Notes: generated by a model from the letters alone, not told the origin. A stretch of 64,000 bases of DNA from Callorhinchus milii (GCF_018977255.1 NW_024704745.1:39804001-39868000), one strand, 5' to 3'; counted from the stretch's first letter, positions 36,436-50,576 are shown. Translations and numbers: made by a program.

Positions 36436-38667
36436 TATAAAGGTTCCTGGGATTGATTTTGTCCCTGAAACAATTTTTTCAAAGAACAGTTTCAGCTCAT
36501 CTACCATGATATGCAAAACAAACAGAAATAACAAATAGAAACATCACAATCGTAAAAGTATTTAAATGTCGGAAATATTTTTACTAATACACTATTTACA
36601 AAAATAAATATCTCAAACATATTTTAATTATTGTTTGAGAATGTATATTCATATTTGTTCTATCTTTCCTTTTTCCTATTCTCTCACTTTTCCCATTTTT
36701 TCCCATTTCTCCTCTCTTTAAAACTGTTTCTTTTTTATAAAAATCAGTATTGAATTTATATTGTTCTTGTTTAACTTTTGAAGCCCAACTTATGGCTATC
36801 ATCATGCAAATTGTACAAATGTGTGATTTTTTTTGGGTGGGGGGAAGGAATCCCAACTCCTAAGGCCAGTTTTGCAGCCACTCAAAGGCCATATAGATGG
36901 TTCTGATGATAAATAAACTTTGTGTTCAAATAAAGACAGATCCTGTACTACACTAGGAATTCAATGGGATCTGAAGTACAGAACTGGACAGGTTGTGGAG
37001 TAGTATCAATATTGTATTCCCATTCTGAAACATTTTCACCTTCCAAGTTCCAACACCACCATATAGTATAATTAGGATTTCTTCTACGAGAGTTGTATTA
37101 TGCATATTCATGAAATGTCAATGTGTTTCCACCTCACGCATTGTGGGGAGAATTATCACTATTAAGAGTAGGGTCAATATTTAAGCCAAAACGGAAGGAA
37201 AGAGTAACAAAAGCAATGTTTGGAATTAAAGTAGCACTTATTTTGTATTTTTATATTCATTATTGACACATTAGCATACACTGACAATCATATGACTCAA
37301 AAAAGATTAGTATTTTAAAACTACCACAATGGGAGAATATAAGGTTTCAATATTTGTAAATGCCTACTTTGACACTCCCTGAACTGATCAACCAAAAATA
37401 CCAACACAAGCTCTCAAAGATTACTGCATCATAAACAAAACAATGTCAGATTCATGTCCAATGCAATGTACTAGAGAGCTTTGAGAGTACAAACACACAG
37501 TGCTGTTCCTTGATCACAACACATAGAGCCATGTTATCTCAACTGAATAAACAAGGCTGCTTTGCACAACTAACCTGAAGACTTTACAACTCTCAAGGGT
37601 GGAGATGCTGTTGGTTTCTAAAGTCTCCATTAGTCTCCACATGGTGCATGCAGTCTAAGAAATCCTAGTCCAAGAATCACTATAGTAAACCTTTGTTGAA
37701 CTGCAAAAAAGAGGAATACTTTCTCTTTTGCAGAGGGCAAAGGCTGCCATCTGCATAATGACCAAAAGGTGGCAGGCCACTTACATTGATTCTCCTCCAT
37801 TAGCAAATTCATATGTTAGTCCTGGTGTAAAAAGACTTGCATTTTTCTAATCCCTCATTGTGCAGAAAAGTTATAATGAGCTTCCCAAGTAAACATTGTC
37901 AAGTTTAGTCATTGGTTTTGTATACAAACATGACTGTTATTTTCACCTTCAAAACCCATTAAAAAGCTTTGTGGTGAATTAGCAATTATCTGAAAGATTG
38001 TCTATCAGGACGCACAATCACACGATCACAAGCACGTCAGCGTCATAACATGTTACTGAAACCTTTGTGGCATTAAGACTCTTGCACAAATTCAGAAAAG
38101 TGATTTGTGCTCTCTTCAGTGACTGTAATAGTGGTACATAATACATCCAACCTGATTTTTAAAGTATTTATGTGTTATACTGTTAAATTCAATAATTGAT
38201 GAACCTTTAAATACCTTTACTACACTTTCACTGTTTTATGAATTCCTATGAAATATCTTATCAAATACAAACTAAGCCAAGGATACAGCTGACAGCTAGA
38301 AAAGACATGATGTGCAAAAACTGTGTATACTTGTGAGCAATCAATATGACCCAGGCATCAAATTCTTTGTTCCCTACATAATTGAAAGTCTGTCTTTCTT
38401 GAATGTAGTGATTTTTTTTAAAAACTGGAAAATATAGTGTAATCTCATTCCATATTTTGAAGTTCACCTACCTTAGAAATGAAATGGTAATGACAGGGAT
38501 ACAATTTTACAAGATTTATCAGCAAAGAATTAAGACAATTCAATTAATAATAATTTTGCATTCGATATAGTGCCTTTCAGATTAGGAGGATGTCTCTCAA
38601 AGCACTTCACATGATTTACTGTGCATTTCATAGGCAAATGTTTATTGTTTATTTACCAATGAGAATA

Positions 38668-38987
38668 GAAGTCCTGTAGCTCAGTGGTTAGAGCACTCGC
38701 CTTGCAAGCGAGACACCTGGGTTCAATTCCAGGCAGGGCGAAACCTTGGACAAGTTTCCTTACTCCACACGCCTAATAATAATCCCTCCAAAACAAAAAA
38801 CAATAATAAATTGGTCATTTTCAGTCCACGACTGTTTGTGGGACACTGCTGTGCGCAATTGGCTGCCATGTTTTGCCTACAAATATACAGTCAATTCACT
38901 TTACAGTATATTCTGTGAAGCGCTTTGAGATGTCTAGAAGACGTGAAAAGCACTATATCAGATGCAAGGATTATGATTATTATTATT
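38668..38987 (+). mobile_element. Full-length young SINE, short form
   Basis: Intact A box and B box (GGTTCAATTCC), near-complete tRNA-Ala(TGC)-like cloverleaf at 38670-38741, body and tail. Confidence 0.92.
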
Positions 38988-38995
38988 TAGGCTAA

Positions 38996-39360
38996 GTGGA
39001 GTTCTGTAGCTCAGTGCTTAGAGTGCTCGTCTTGGAAGCAAGAGGATCTAGGCTTAATTCCTGGCAGGGCAAAATGTTGGGCAAGTTTTCTTACTCCACA
39101 TGCCTCTGTTTATTTACCAGTAAGTAGGAACCCAGTTGTTGGTCGATTGGCTGATCACTTTTCTGGAGATAATAATCCCTTCAATAAAATAATAATTTGA
39201 TCACTCAATCCACAACTGTTTGTGGGACACTGCTGTGCGCAATTTGCTGCCGCGTTTCGCCCCCAATAAACATAGTCAATTCACTTTACAGGATATTCTG
39301 TGAAGCACTTTGAGATGTCTCAAAGTCGTGATAAGGCGCTATATCAAATGCAATTATTAT
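38996..39360 (+). mobile_element. SINE, long form, head-to-tail with the previous copy
   Basis: Collinear with 36061-36435. Confidence 0.9.
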
Positions 39361-40600
39361 CTAAGGATTTATGTCTACATTTTTCATTTAAGTGCCATAT
39401 TTTCTCACTTAAGTAGCCTTAACAGTAGAGTAGAGGCTATTTCTTGGTTAACCAGAAGTGCCAAACAATTGCCTAAGAAATACATGTGCTTCAGACTACA
39501 AGTCTATGTAATCTTTATCACAACTGAAGATCACATTATTGGTAAGACTACCTGCAATGGTAAGACTTCCTAATTTCCAATGAGAAAATAACTATAATAA
39601 TATAATAATAATCTTTTAATTTGATACAGCACCTTATCACATCTTTGAGACATCTCAAAGTGCCTCACAGGATTTACTGTAGACTGTAGTGACTACTTTC
39701 TAGTGATTTGCCACACAAAAAACAAGAAGTGAACCACTTAAATAGCAAACAAAATAGAGTTTAGATATTAAGGTATATAGAATAGGTACCTAGAAAAGAG
39801 GTGCAACCTATAACCCCACCAGATTGAATCATTAACAACAAAAGTAAAGCTCAGCTGATTTAGGAAGGGTATAATGAATCTTGTGATTGGGATATAGCCT
39901 TTAACTCCTTCTTTCCTCTTTGAATGTGCACATTATAATGCAGAATAAGTAATATTTTAAGTAACTATCTGTTTTTCAGCATGATAATTCTGACTTTAAA
40001 TCTTGCTGTAAAACATAACCTATGGTCGTGACCCCCTTCCTCCCTCCAGCTCTCCCTGCTTGGTGTGCAATGCTGGCATTGTAATGCATTCCAGATGTTA
40101 TCTTATATGAAAGTGCTATATACCTGCAAGTTGTTGTTTGGATGAAGAAGAAATATTAACCAGGATATCTTGGGTGTCCTTAACATTTGCCTGAATCATA
40201 AGGCAGACAGAGCCAAAATGTATAACTCAATCCAAAGGATCCAAATAATCTGCTCATTTTTTAACATTATATATTGTTTGTTACATAGGAAAACATGACA
40301 GCCAATCTGTGCCAGCAATGCTCCTAAACTATAACGGTCTATTTATTATATGCTGCTTACTGAACAAAATGAACAATTGCACTCTTAAGAAGGCTTGCCA
40401 TCATTTTTGGAACAAGTTCGCTACTATCGCTTTGTGAGTGTTCCAATCATACCTGTGGTATATACATCAGTCTGGAGTTCTGACATTGTATCATACTGGC
40501 ATAGCTAACAGATCCTCCTAACAAACCATTCACATTCGCCCCCATGTTACTTGGAAACTTGCTATCTTGTGTGGACCTATACAACTTCACAAAGTACTTG

Positions 40601-41030
40601 GGAAGCACATCTCACCAGTTCTGGCCAGGCTCCACTGGCTCCCCATCACCGAATGGATCGACTTCAAGATCCTCACACTCGTGTTCAAATCCCTTCACTC
40701 TCTGGCACCTCCCTACCTCTCTGACCCAAACCAACACCCAGCTCCTCCGCTCGTCTGTCACCGGCCTCCTGCTCATCCCTTGCACCCTCCGCTCCACCAT
40801 CAGAGGTCGCGCTTTCAGCCACTATGCCCCAAAACTCTGGAACACTCTCTCTCAATCCCTCCGCCTTGCCCCCCCTTTCCCCCTTTTCATTCCAACCTGA
40901 AAACTTTCCTCTTCAACCGTGCTTACAGCCACCACAGCCCCCACCCCCAGCTCGGAGTCAGGCTCCACCATTGTTAAGCGCACTGTAACGCTACCCTGCG
41001 TGGAGAGTGCTATATAAGTGCAAGTTGTTG
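40601..41030 (+). mobile_element. L2 LINE 3' fragment
   Basis: HISPVLARLHWLPITEWIDFKILTLVFKSLH...GRAFSHYAPKLWN.L...LKTFLFNRAY; type-1 tail. Confidence 0.92.
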
Positions 41031-41055
41031 GGTAAAAATATGTGGAATTACTTAC

Positions 41056-41171
41056 ATGATCAGCAGTAATAGAAGCAACACACATAAAGCAGTACAATGA
41101 AAGAGAAGAGAAATGTGCAGGTTAGCACCAGTGGAAAGCCAACACAAGATAAACATGATGGGTCTACTGTG
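41056..41171 (-). other. Candidate 116-nt exon
   Basis: Acceptor gatatttcAG, consensus donor CAT|gtaagt; one frame reads TVDPSCLSCVGFPLVLTCTFLFSFIVLLYVCCFYYC*. Confidence 0.2.
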
Positions 41172-43764
41172 CTGAAATATCACAGATTTCTTAATAATAG
41201 AACTACCATAAAAAAGAAACAGATAACTCAGCCAATCAAACCCACTCCTTCCACAACCGACATATGTACCCACTCAATCATGAAATCTACCCTGCCATTT
41301 AATCTTCTGAATAAACATTCAATGATTTCCAAAGGTTTTGCAAAACACCACAATATTCATCCATTCTTACATTTCCATATTGAACCAGTCCTGGCTAGTC
41401 TCCACAGACAACATTCCCAATTCCAGCAAAATGGGAATGATTGTGTCCCATTGAGCATTTAATCATATTAATCTACACCTATCCCAATAATCTTGAATCT
41501 CTTTCCCAAACTGATATTTACTTGTCTTCTTAACGAACAAGTTACCAACTTAGTCTCAATTGTTTGATCTGGGGTCTGTAACCATGTGGTTTCTATTTGA
41601 GTTAGACAAGTTTCACCTTCCCGTCAACCTTACTTCAGTTTGTCAGATGTCTTCCGCTGCTGTTTCACGGTGTAAACACTTCCCTCCTGAAAGAAGAGAA
41701 CAGCTGTTAGGTGAAAGCATAGTTATTCTAATGCTTTACAGAATGGCTAGAAAACTGTGAACCAGAGCAAAGACAGCACAACCATTGAAGAATTTATGAT
41801 TAAAAGTATATATACCATATATGTATATATAATGCAAGTGGGTGCAGTGATTTTACAGAAATAGATAGATTATTATGAGAAGGATAAATTCATCATAAAC
41901 TATCTTCTTATTGCTCTGGCTATAGGCATTTTAGGAAATGGCATTGTACCTGATGACAAATATGGTCAAGTGTATTTGTTTCTTAGTGAATGGAGTGTGC
42001 AGCATTCATGAAAATTGCTAGCTAGGTTGTTGGCAACGTTACCAAGATGTTATGTATTGTGCTGGAGCTCAACATGCTGGTTAGACCTTAGCTGATGGAA
42101 ATGGAGTCCTAGTACCTTTTGTGTTTACTGTGTAGAATCACCTAACTTACTGCACAGAAGAAATTATATTGAGGCCATCAAAATACATTGCACTAAAATA
42201 ATCTGAAGTGCTTTGAGATGTCCTTTGTGCTTTGAGAGCAGTAAATACTGCTACATCAAATGCAAGGATCATTACTGTGGACTGTCAAGACAATGGACAT
42301 GTTAGCTCCTTCTTAATTCAAATCCCAATTTCCTGCTCCCTTCCTGTAAATTCTTCCTCTTTAAATGTCTGCTCAATTTCCTTTTAAATATTTTTATGGT
42401 TTTGGCCTCGTTACTCACTAACAGAAAAAGATAAATTCCGCTTCCTACCTCTACTTAATTCAAGAGGGAAGAACTTTGAATTGGACGAGTCTAAAATATA
42501 TTAGTTAGCTGAGGGAAAGGAACAAGTTATTGACCAGAAAATATATCAAAATAGGATTAAACAAGGAAAAATATATTTTAATGACACTTTGAACTGTACA
42601 TGTTTATCATATATAGAGTATAATTTGCAATATTTCTCAATAAGACTCCTTAAAAAAGAATTGGAGAATTGGAGACTTCTCCTGCTACCCAAAAGTACAC
42701 TGTGATGACAGGATCTCCTCTCCACCATGATCTACTTCCAGAACAGAGTTTCTGTTCGTTGACAGGAATTCTAATAGGATTCTATATTAGGAAATCCTGT
42801 TATGAAATTCCACACATTACAACCCATTGCTTCATAAAGTTATTTAGCTGAACTTACTTTCCTTAGAAAGCAATGATTTTCTTTAGACTGATTCTATTTG
42901 CAACCACATTTGAGACATCTACTTCTCAATTGATGTACACCCATATATTTTCATCAGAAAATGTGGGCCATGTGTGTCATAAACCACTGCTAAGCCTACT
43001 TTTTGCATATCATTCCTACGCTTTTTGTGCTGGTCATCCAGCACTGACTCAGCAATGCTAGCGTCCCACCAGGGATCTGTACTTTGCAGCTGCAGTTGTT
43101 AGCTTCAGTGGCACATTTATAGGGAGCAATGAACCAGCTGTCTCTTATAGTAATACACCGAGGCAATCTGAACAGTTTGAAGCACTAATGTCCCATCATT
43201 TGGCTAACAGTACCAAAATGGACAATAATTCAGGAGACAGCATACTTGTAGTATAATTTGCTAAATCCCACGCCCATTTCTGTAAATGAGCATCACATCT
43301 GTGCAGAATATCATGGACGTGTAATCTTCTTTATAAGGGACTTTATAACCAATTTTTAGGTTTATAGGTTTCATTAAATCATTTTTATCAGCTGTTAGAC
43401 TATGGTAAAATGCAAACGGTCTGTGATGAAGTAAGAGCTGACAGAATTTAAGAGTTATAGCTGGGAGTCAATCAAATAGAAATTATAACACATTGACCTT
43501 TTTAACAAGCAATTCCCCATTCCCTATTTTCCCTCAAAAATCAATTTGGCTAAATATTTTCTTACTTTTGTCTCATGCATAAGTGTAATTTCTGTGCAAA
43601 TTAGTTACACATTGACTTGTTTTGACACATTTAAAAACTAAATGTCACTTTTTTAAATAGTAAAGCACAAATTTATTGAAAATTATGGGAAAAGGTTATA
43701 TATTTTTTTAAACATGAAAATATAAAAAAAGATTAAGTGGATATAAGACAATTATTTCACTTCA

Positions 43765-44135
43765 ACGCATAGTACTAGCAACTAACTTTTCACATAGGGA
43801 AGACATCTCAAAGTACTTCTCAGAATATATTATAAAGTGACTGTGTATTTTGTAGGCGAATGTGGCAGTCAATTTGTACATGGCAATGTCCCACAAAAAG
43901 TCTTGAAGTGAATGGCCAATTTTATTTGGAGGATTGTTAATCAGATCAATCTTTTTTTGAATAGTGCCATAGGATCTTTAATGTCCACTCAACAGACAGG
44001 CGGGACCTCAGTTTAATATCTCATCCAACGGACGACACCTCCAAACAACTCAGCATAAGACCCAGCATTGCATTGGAGTGTCAGCCTATATCATATGAGT
44101 TCCAAGTTCTGATGAACTGCAAATCTTCTGACTCA
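43765..44135 (-). mobile_element. Deu-domain SINE
   Basis: aatagtgccataggatctttaatgtccac...acaggcgggacctcagtttaatatctcatccaacggacgacacctcc core plus tail. Confidence 0.8.
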
Positions 44136-47114
44136 GATATTCAAGAGGTAAAAAAAAAATTTGCTAATTGCTGTCTTCAAATCACAATTAATCAGCGTGT
44201 TTAGCAATTTGTGCTTCAGCATCGAAAGTGCTTTGATTTAACTAGAAACCTTGTAGGTGGGTCAGTGAAAGACTATCCTTCATATGGAATAAAGTAATTA
44301 AGTCCTACAGCATATGTATATAAAAGAAAATGGCACAATTTTGCAATGACCCTCAAAATTGTTTTAAGGAACTATTTGATTATATGTTTTAACGTCTTTA
44401 TAGTGTTCCATAGTATTTTTCTTCATTATACTGTTTAAGGCTCTCTGCAAAGATCAAGTGGTGCAGATAGCGGATCCGTCAGGAGCGACAGTGAGTTAGC
44501 TCTGCTAATTTACCAGTGTAGAAACACCATAACTCATGAGCGTGAAAGAATGCTCAGTATTCACAAAGTCTTGCTTATTCTGTGGATTTTCCTTCAGTAT
44601 TATAAATGACTTAATTTACTTGCGGAATACCATACACAGGGTGAATGGTCATTTTCTAATCTATTCATTTACATTTTCTATCTTTGGGCATGGCACTGAA
44701 TTTAGAAATGGTGTCAACAGATTAGTATATAGTATTTCATAGTATATATCACACAAACATCTCCTGTTTTTTCCCCCATAAACACCTTTATAAAAATAAA
44801 AAAATATTAATTTTTAATATTCTCAAAACCATGGGGTAAACCATGGAAATGACAAAAAGCAGTACCTGATGTGATAGTTATCACCGGTGACAATTGTCAC
44901 ATCAAATCTCGGCATTATTGTCACATCATATCCTGCATATTTGCCACTTTAGATCACATATTGCTGACAGGCTGAAAGGATGGGGAGGTGACTTGCTTCT
45001 AGGCCTCTGCCAATGCTGCTCTGTAAACCAGTTGCTAGGAGATTCACAAGCAATGTTTGGTGACTCTCCCTGTAATTTTCCCTCCTTCCCTACAGGGACT
45101 TGGCTGGATCCCTCTCAATGAGTTCCGCAAGAACAAAGCCAAGATTTTGAGCAGATTAGACAGGGAAACATGTCCCAAACTTATCTTACCATTCTTGAAT
45201 GGTACTATTTCATCACCGCTAGATCCTTATGCATAATTTACGAAACAGAAAAAATGATTTTCCATTTCATGTACCTTTAATCTACTTATAACTTTTTATA
45301 ACTGTTTGCAGTTATTGAATATGACTTTCACTTTAAATGAGCATCATCCTTTGTGTAATACAAACCATGAAATTGCAGAATCATTGAGACTGAGGTGATT
45401 GTGTGCTTCGTAGGCAAATGCAGCAGCCAACTTTTGCACAACAATGTCCCAAAAATAACCAAATATAGATGTTTAGGAAAAACAATGAACTGCACAAAGT
45501 ATATTCTACTGCAGAGCCACTTTTCCAAAGTGGACAATATGAGGAGAATATGCTGTGGATGTTGTTGGCTATTCCAGGTATTATCTCTATTCAACAAACA
45601 CCTTTGAGCACTATGTATGCACATTTTCATCCTACAGTAAGAAAGGTCTTGCATAAATCATGTTTGATGCATAGTGAAGAGAAAAATCAACTGTGTTAAA
45701 TACAACTTAGAATTGGAACACTGTGTGGGAAAAACTAAAAAAAAAATCCACTTTTGGATGAATGGATTATTGTAAAGAATAATTAATGTTACATTGCTTT
45801 GCTGTGTGAAACCACTCTATTAAAACAGTCAGTGAGTAGCTAAAAGCTGCTATTGGCTATTTCTGATATAATAATGTTATATTCTCTTTAGTTTTCAAAG
45901 TTTGCTCATTTTTATATTTTCCAAAATATTTTTGTTTATACAGCTGTAAAGAATTCTTCCTTCATAAATCATTGTCCTTCAAAATTAATTATCATGTATT
46001 GACACGAGAATTACCTCTTGCTTTCCTCTCCTTTGCCATTTCCTTTTATTCGCTAATTAAACAATTTCCCTTGTGTGATTATTCAAGTGTATGTCCCCTT
46101 GCAAGAGTTGCAATCCCATGGGATGTTTTAATTTATATTTTTTACACACACAGACATACATGCTTGAGAACGCTGAACTACCTCAGTCATAATAATCATA
46201 TCTTACCATCCATAGATCACACGTCTTCAAAATTGTTCCTAATAATTGAATGCAAGATATAGACCTGGAGTAAAGGACAGTGAACCTTATAATGCATTTC
46301 TAATGTTTCTTGCTTGTTTGGACTGCTTTTGGATTCACATATCATTAATAAGTAACAAACCCTTTTATAATAGGCAAACCAGTTTGCGTTGACACAGTTT
46401 CACTGTATCAAGAGTCTGACTGGCCCCATTTACATTGCCGTTTCACGAAATTATCTTGCTCATATGAAATTGGTTATTGTGCTATTTATTAATTTTAGTG
46501 GACCTATATGTGCTGGGTGATGGCTGTGTTATTGCAAAATTATTCTACAGATACATGTAAATAGAAAAATGGAGAAAGATGTGCAAATTTATCTCATGCA
46601 AACAAGTGTTTTGGAATACTAAGTCTAATAATTTCATCCTCATAGATACCCAATATTCCTCTTCCCCAAAATTGTGCAACATGACATCTCAAGCAAGAGG
46701 AAACTACCTACTGCATTTCACTGAAAAATAAAACTGAGATGGTCTGTACAAAAAGCATATTTACTGTATTAATGCTACAAATATAGATTATTTAACACAA
46801 TGAATAACATTGTAAATGGAACCGAAAGCAGTAATCTCTTCTCCTTCCGTATTCTTCTGCTCACCCTATCCATTCATCCATTCAACACTGAAACAGTGTT
46901 GAAACTCCACATTCACCTCCACATTAGCCACTCCTATTCTCCTCTATTCTCCCTCATGTACGTATTGGGTTGACAATTGAAACAGAGATTATTTGGCAAA
47001 GAATCTATTGGCAGCTCATACTGACATGAATTTGCACTCGTGCTATTGTGCAATCAAACTCGGCAGTGGGTTTGCTTAACCTAAGTGTTATTTAGCAATT
47101 TTGTTTTTAAAAAA

Positions 47115-47462
47115 TGAGTCAGCCGGGTGTGTGACACATGCGGAAACCCATCACCATGTTTCAGAGTATCCAATCCAAGCTGAGGTATCCATGCAGCCCA
47201 CCTACACGTGGAAATCCCAGAGACAGATTGTTGGAAAGGAAATTGCATTCTCTGCCTGGAGGGACGCATCCTGCTTACCTAATTCAAGAAAGTATTAGGC
47301 GCAGGTTGAGAAGAGCCAAGGCTTGGGGACCCCAGAATGTGCATTGGGGTACTTCTGGAGTTTAACCAGCTAAAACCACATAGCTTCCCATTGATATTGG
47401 TGTCTGGCAAACTTTCCCACTGCTTATCCAGCTAGGATCACTCCTAGGCATTTAGCAACTTG
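47115..47462 (-). mobile_element. Copy of the unclassified RTE-group-like LINE derivative (3' part)
   Basis: Aligns end to end with 17113-17455. Confidence 0.6.
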
Positions 47463-47529
47463 AATGTGTTGCACTGCAAAACCTTTTGTATGAGAGCTGG
47501 TTGAAAGCTGTGTATCACGATCCATGGTT

Positions 47530-48290
47530 GCACATTCCACCTTACTGAGCCAGTCCGGAACCTTGGCGTCTTGTTTGACCCTCAACTATCCTTTCTACCC
47601 CACATCCGTGCCATGACCCGCTCTGCCTTCCCCCACTTCCGCAACATCACCCGGCTCCGCCACTGTCTCACACCACAGTCCTCCGAAACCCTCATACACA
47701 CATTCATTACATCTAGGCTCGACTATGCAAACTCCTTGCTTGTTGGCCTCCCCAACTCCTCCCTCCATAGGCTGCAGATCATCCAGAACTCTGCCACCTG
47801 TGTCCTCTCCCGCACCAGGCTCTGTGACCCTATCACCCCAATCCTCGCCCGACTCCACTGGCTTCCCATTACACAGAGGATATAGTTCAAAATCCTGGTC
47901 CTAACCTTCAAAGCCCTTCATGACTTTGCTCCCCCTACCTCTCTGACCTCCTAACCCCCTACCATCCTGCTCACTCCCTCTGCTCAGCGAGCTCCAGCCT
48001 GCTTCACATCACCCACCTCGCCCGCTTCACCATTGGCTGGCGGGCCTTGTGCCATTCTGCCCCCACCCTCTGAAACTCCATCCCACAGTCCCTCCGCCTC
48101 ATCCCCTCCCTTGCCTCCTTCAAGACCCATCTCAAGATTCTTCTCTTCAACCATACTTTCGATCACTCTACTTCCCTGCCACCCTCCCCAATCCCAACCC
48201 CAGCTCGGGTCCAAAACTCTGACTGTCCAGTGCCGTGGGACGTCCTCTCGACATGAAAGGCGCTATACAAATGTAATTTTGTTGTTGTTA
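47530..48290 (+). mobile_element. L2 LINE 3' fragment
   Basis: VRNLGVLFDPQLSF.PHI...SRLDYANSLLVGLP...LHWLPITQRI; type-2 tail (TTG)n. Confidence 0.93.
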
Positions 48291-50474
48291 TATCAGAATG
48301 GACCTGGCACTAATGGCCAGTCTAACCTTATAATTCATTGGTTTTACTTCTTACATACACAATGATAGAATTCCTATCCGAAAACCCAACTGAAAGACTT
48401 TCAGAACTGAGGAAATATTTATTTTTGTCTAGAAAATATCTTTCGATGAAATTCTAATAAGAAATATAAATTAAACTAAAATGCACAGCCCATCAAATAT
48501 TTCTTCATTTTCTGCTTCATTAAATTACAAAAATGAATCTAATTTGCAACATTTCTTCATGAAATTCAATTAGAATTTCAAGCATTCCCAAACAAAGGTC
48601 GAAGATGACTCCAGTGCAGTTGTGGGGGAGAGGGGAGGTACTGTTGGAGGTGCCATCCTTCAGATGAGATTGTAAACTGAGGTCTCATTTGCCAATTTTC
48701 CAATTTTATGCCACAACCTCTAAAAATCCCTATATCTGGCTTGTCACTGCTTGTCTGCCAACAAAAGTGTCTACAAAATAAACAGAATTTCCTTTGTGGT
48801 AGTTGTTAGAATCCATTGTCTCATCAGAGCCAAAGACTTATAATTCTCCACGACATGACATACATATTCACTGTATTCTATTTCCTGGGATAAATTATTA
48901 AGAAAACATCTCTTTTAATGCAGTCTGTTTTGAAGTAATATGTTGCCAATACAAGGCGAGTTTAAACAGTTTAAAGAACTTCGATGCGCTGATGTTGCTG
49001 GTCAGTGAGTAATGAGGTGCTAAACTGACCAGTTCAGATAAGCTGTTAACAGATAGCCTTTGCAATTGTAGGAACTCAACTGTTAATATGTTAAATGAGC
49101 ATGTATTGTGTGCATGGATTGAAGAACAACATACTTCAATAGAAAATAACCCTTGCAGTACTGAGTACCACTCACTTATTCCCAGGTCATATAAACTGAA
49201 TCAACTGATACTGAAGAGCACTGGGAATGCTGACATTTGGAGTTAGGATGTTTACTTTCTAGGGCAGAGTGCAATCCAAGATCTGGTAGCAACATGGAAA
49301 CAACTATGCATGCATGGATTTACACATATACAGATTTATATGTTCCAATCTTTGACCTGAAAAGTCCTTTCTTCCTCTTCAGGTAGATATGAAAGATCCC
49401 TGTGTCCCGACCAACATTCTTCTATATAATAAAAAGAATCCTTGGATTCGATATAGCATTTTAAAGTGCTCCATACTGTTTTTCTGTGTACTGACTATAT
49501 TTGTAGGCACACACAGCAGCCTCATCTGAATGACAGTGCAGCATTCCCACTGTTTCTCTGGCCTTTACTATGTGTCAAGTATCACATAGCCTCCAAATCT
49601 GATCCCCTTGTTTCCATGTCAAAACTGTGCTCTTGCTCCATATTCTGTATGTCAGGAAGGAAATATATATACAGGTGCCTTGATTTGATTCTCTATATAT
49701 GGGACCATAACCTCAATAATACAATAGGCAGCATGACAATGGTATCTAGTTATCACAGTCCTTTTCCTTGTTAATTACAGAGCTGGATGAATTGTATCAA
49801 TGGCCATCCATCAGAGGAGCCCTGGACTGGTCAGTGCGATCTCTCTGATCCAATAACTGTTGATCAAGTAATGATTTAGCCTGAACTTTCATCAGAGTAA
49901 GGGGGTTATCTGCCAACCTGAGACTCTCACACAATCTGAAATCTATGGCTACATTGCAGGCTCTCCACATTCCTCTTCTCCCCTGGTGCATAATCTTTCC
50001 TGCTGTGGCCTAATTTGAACTCAATTAGCAGGCCTACTATCCTGAACAGAAACTGTAGAAGTCGTCTAAGCAACTGAGAACCAATATATCCCACAGATGT
50101 ACAAACCTGTTCCCTGGTCAGAGTAATGAATAATGAATGGATCTGCATGACTTGATGTTGTCACTGAGGTGTATGTGAGTGTGTGATTATGGGAGGAGGT
50201 AGGGAAGAAGGCGTTACATTAGGTGTATAACAGAACATGAATTCAGTTCTATTACAACAAACATATTTATATTTTCAGAGGGAAAATTTAAGTCTAGTTT
50301 ATGAACGATTGATAAAGTTGGTGTCATATTGACAACTTTCACTGAGTTTAACCCCTGACCCCTAGCTTAAATGATAAAACAATTTTCATTTATGCAAATT
50401 TAAAATGAAAAACAGCAAAAATCAACCTCAGTTGTAATTTGATTTCCTGTGCTGCAGTGAGCACAATTTTCTTC

Positions 50475-50575
50475 ATAATAATAATCCTATAATAATGATG
50501 ATAATAATAATAATAATAATGCTAGCATTCGGTACACCACCTTATCACGTCGTCGAGACATCTCAAAACATTTCA
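50475..50575 (-). mobile_element. SINE tail with (ATT)n
   Basis: ccttatcacgtcgtcgagacatctcaaa preceded by (AAT)n. Confidence 0.7.
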
Positions 50576-50576
50576 C

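Noticed and set aside
38670-38741. tRNA-Ala(TGC) gene (also the heads at ~14.0, 20.1, 21.7, 36.1, 39.0 and 56.7 kb)
   Set aside because: Each is attached to the same SINE body, lacks G3:U70 and has no nearby oligo-T terminator; these are SINE heads.
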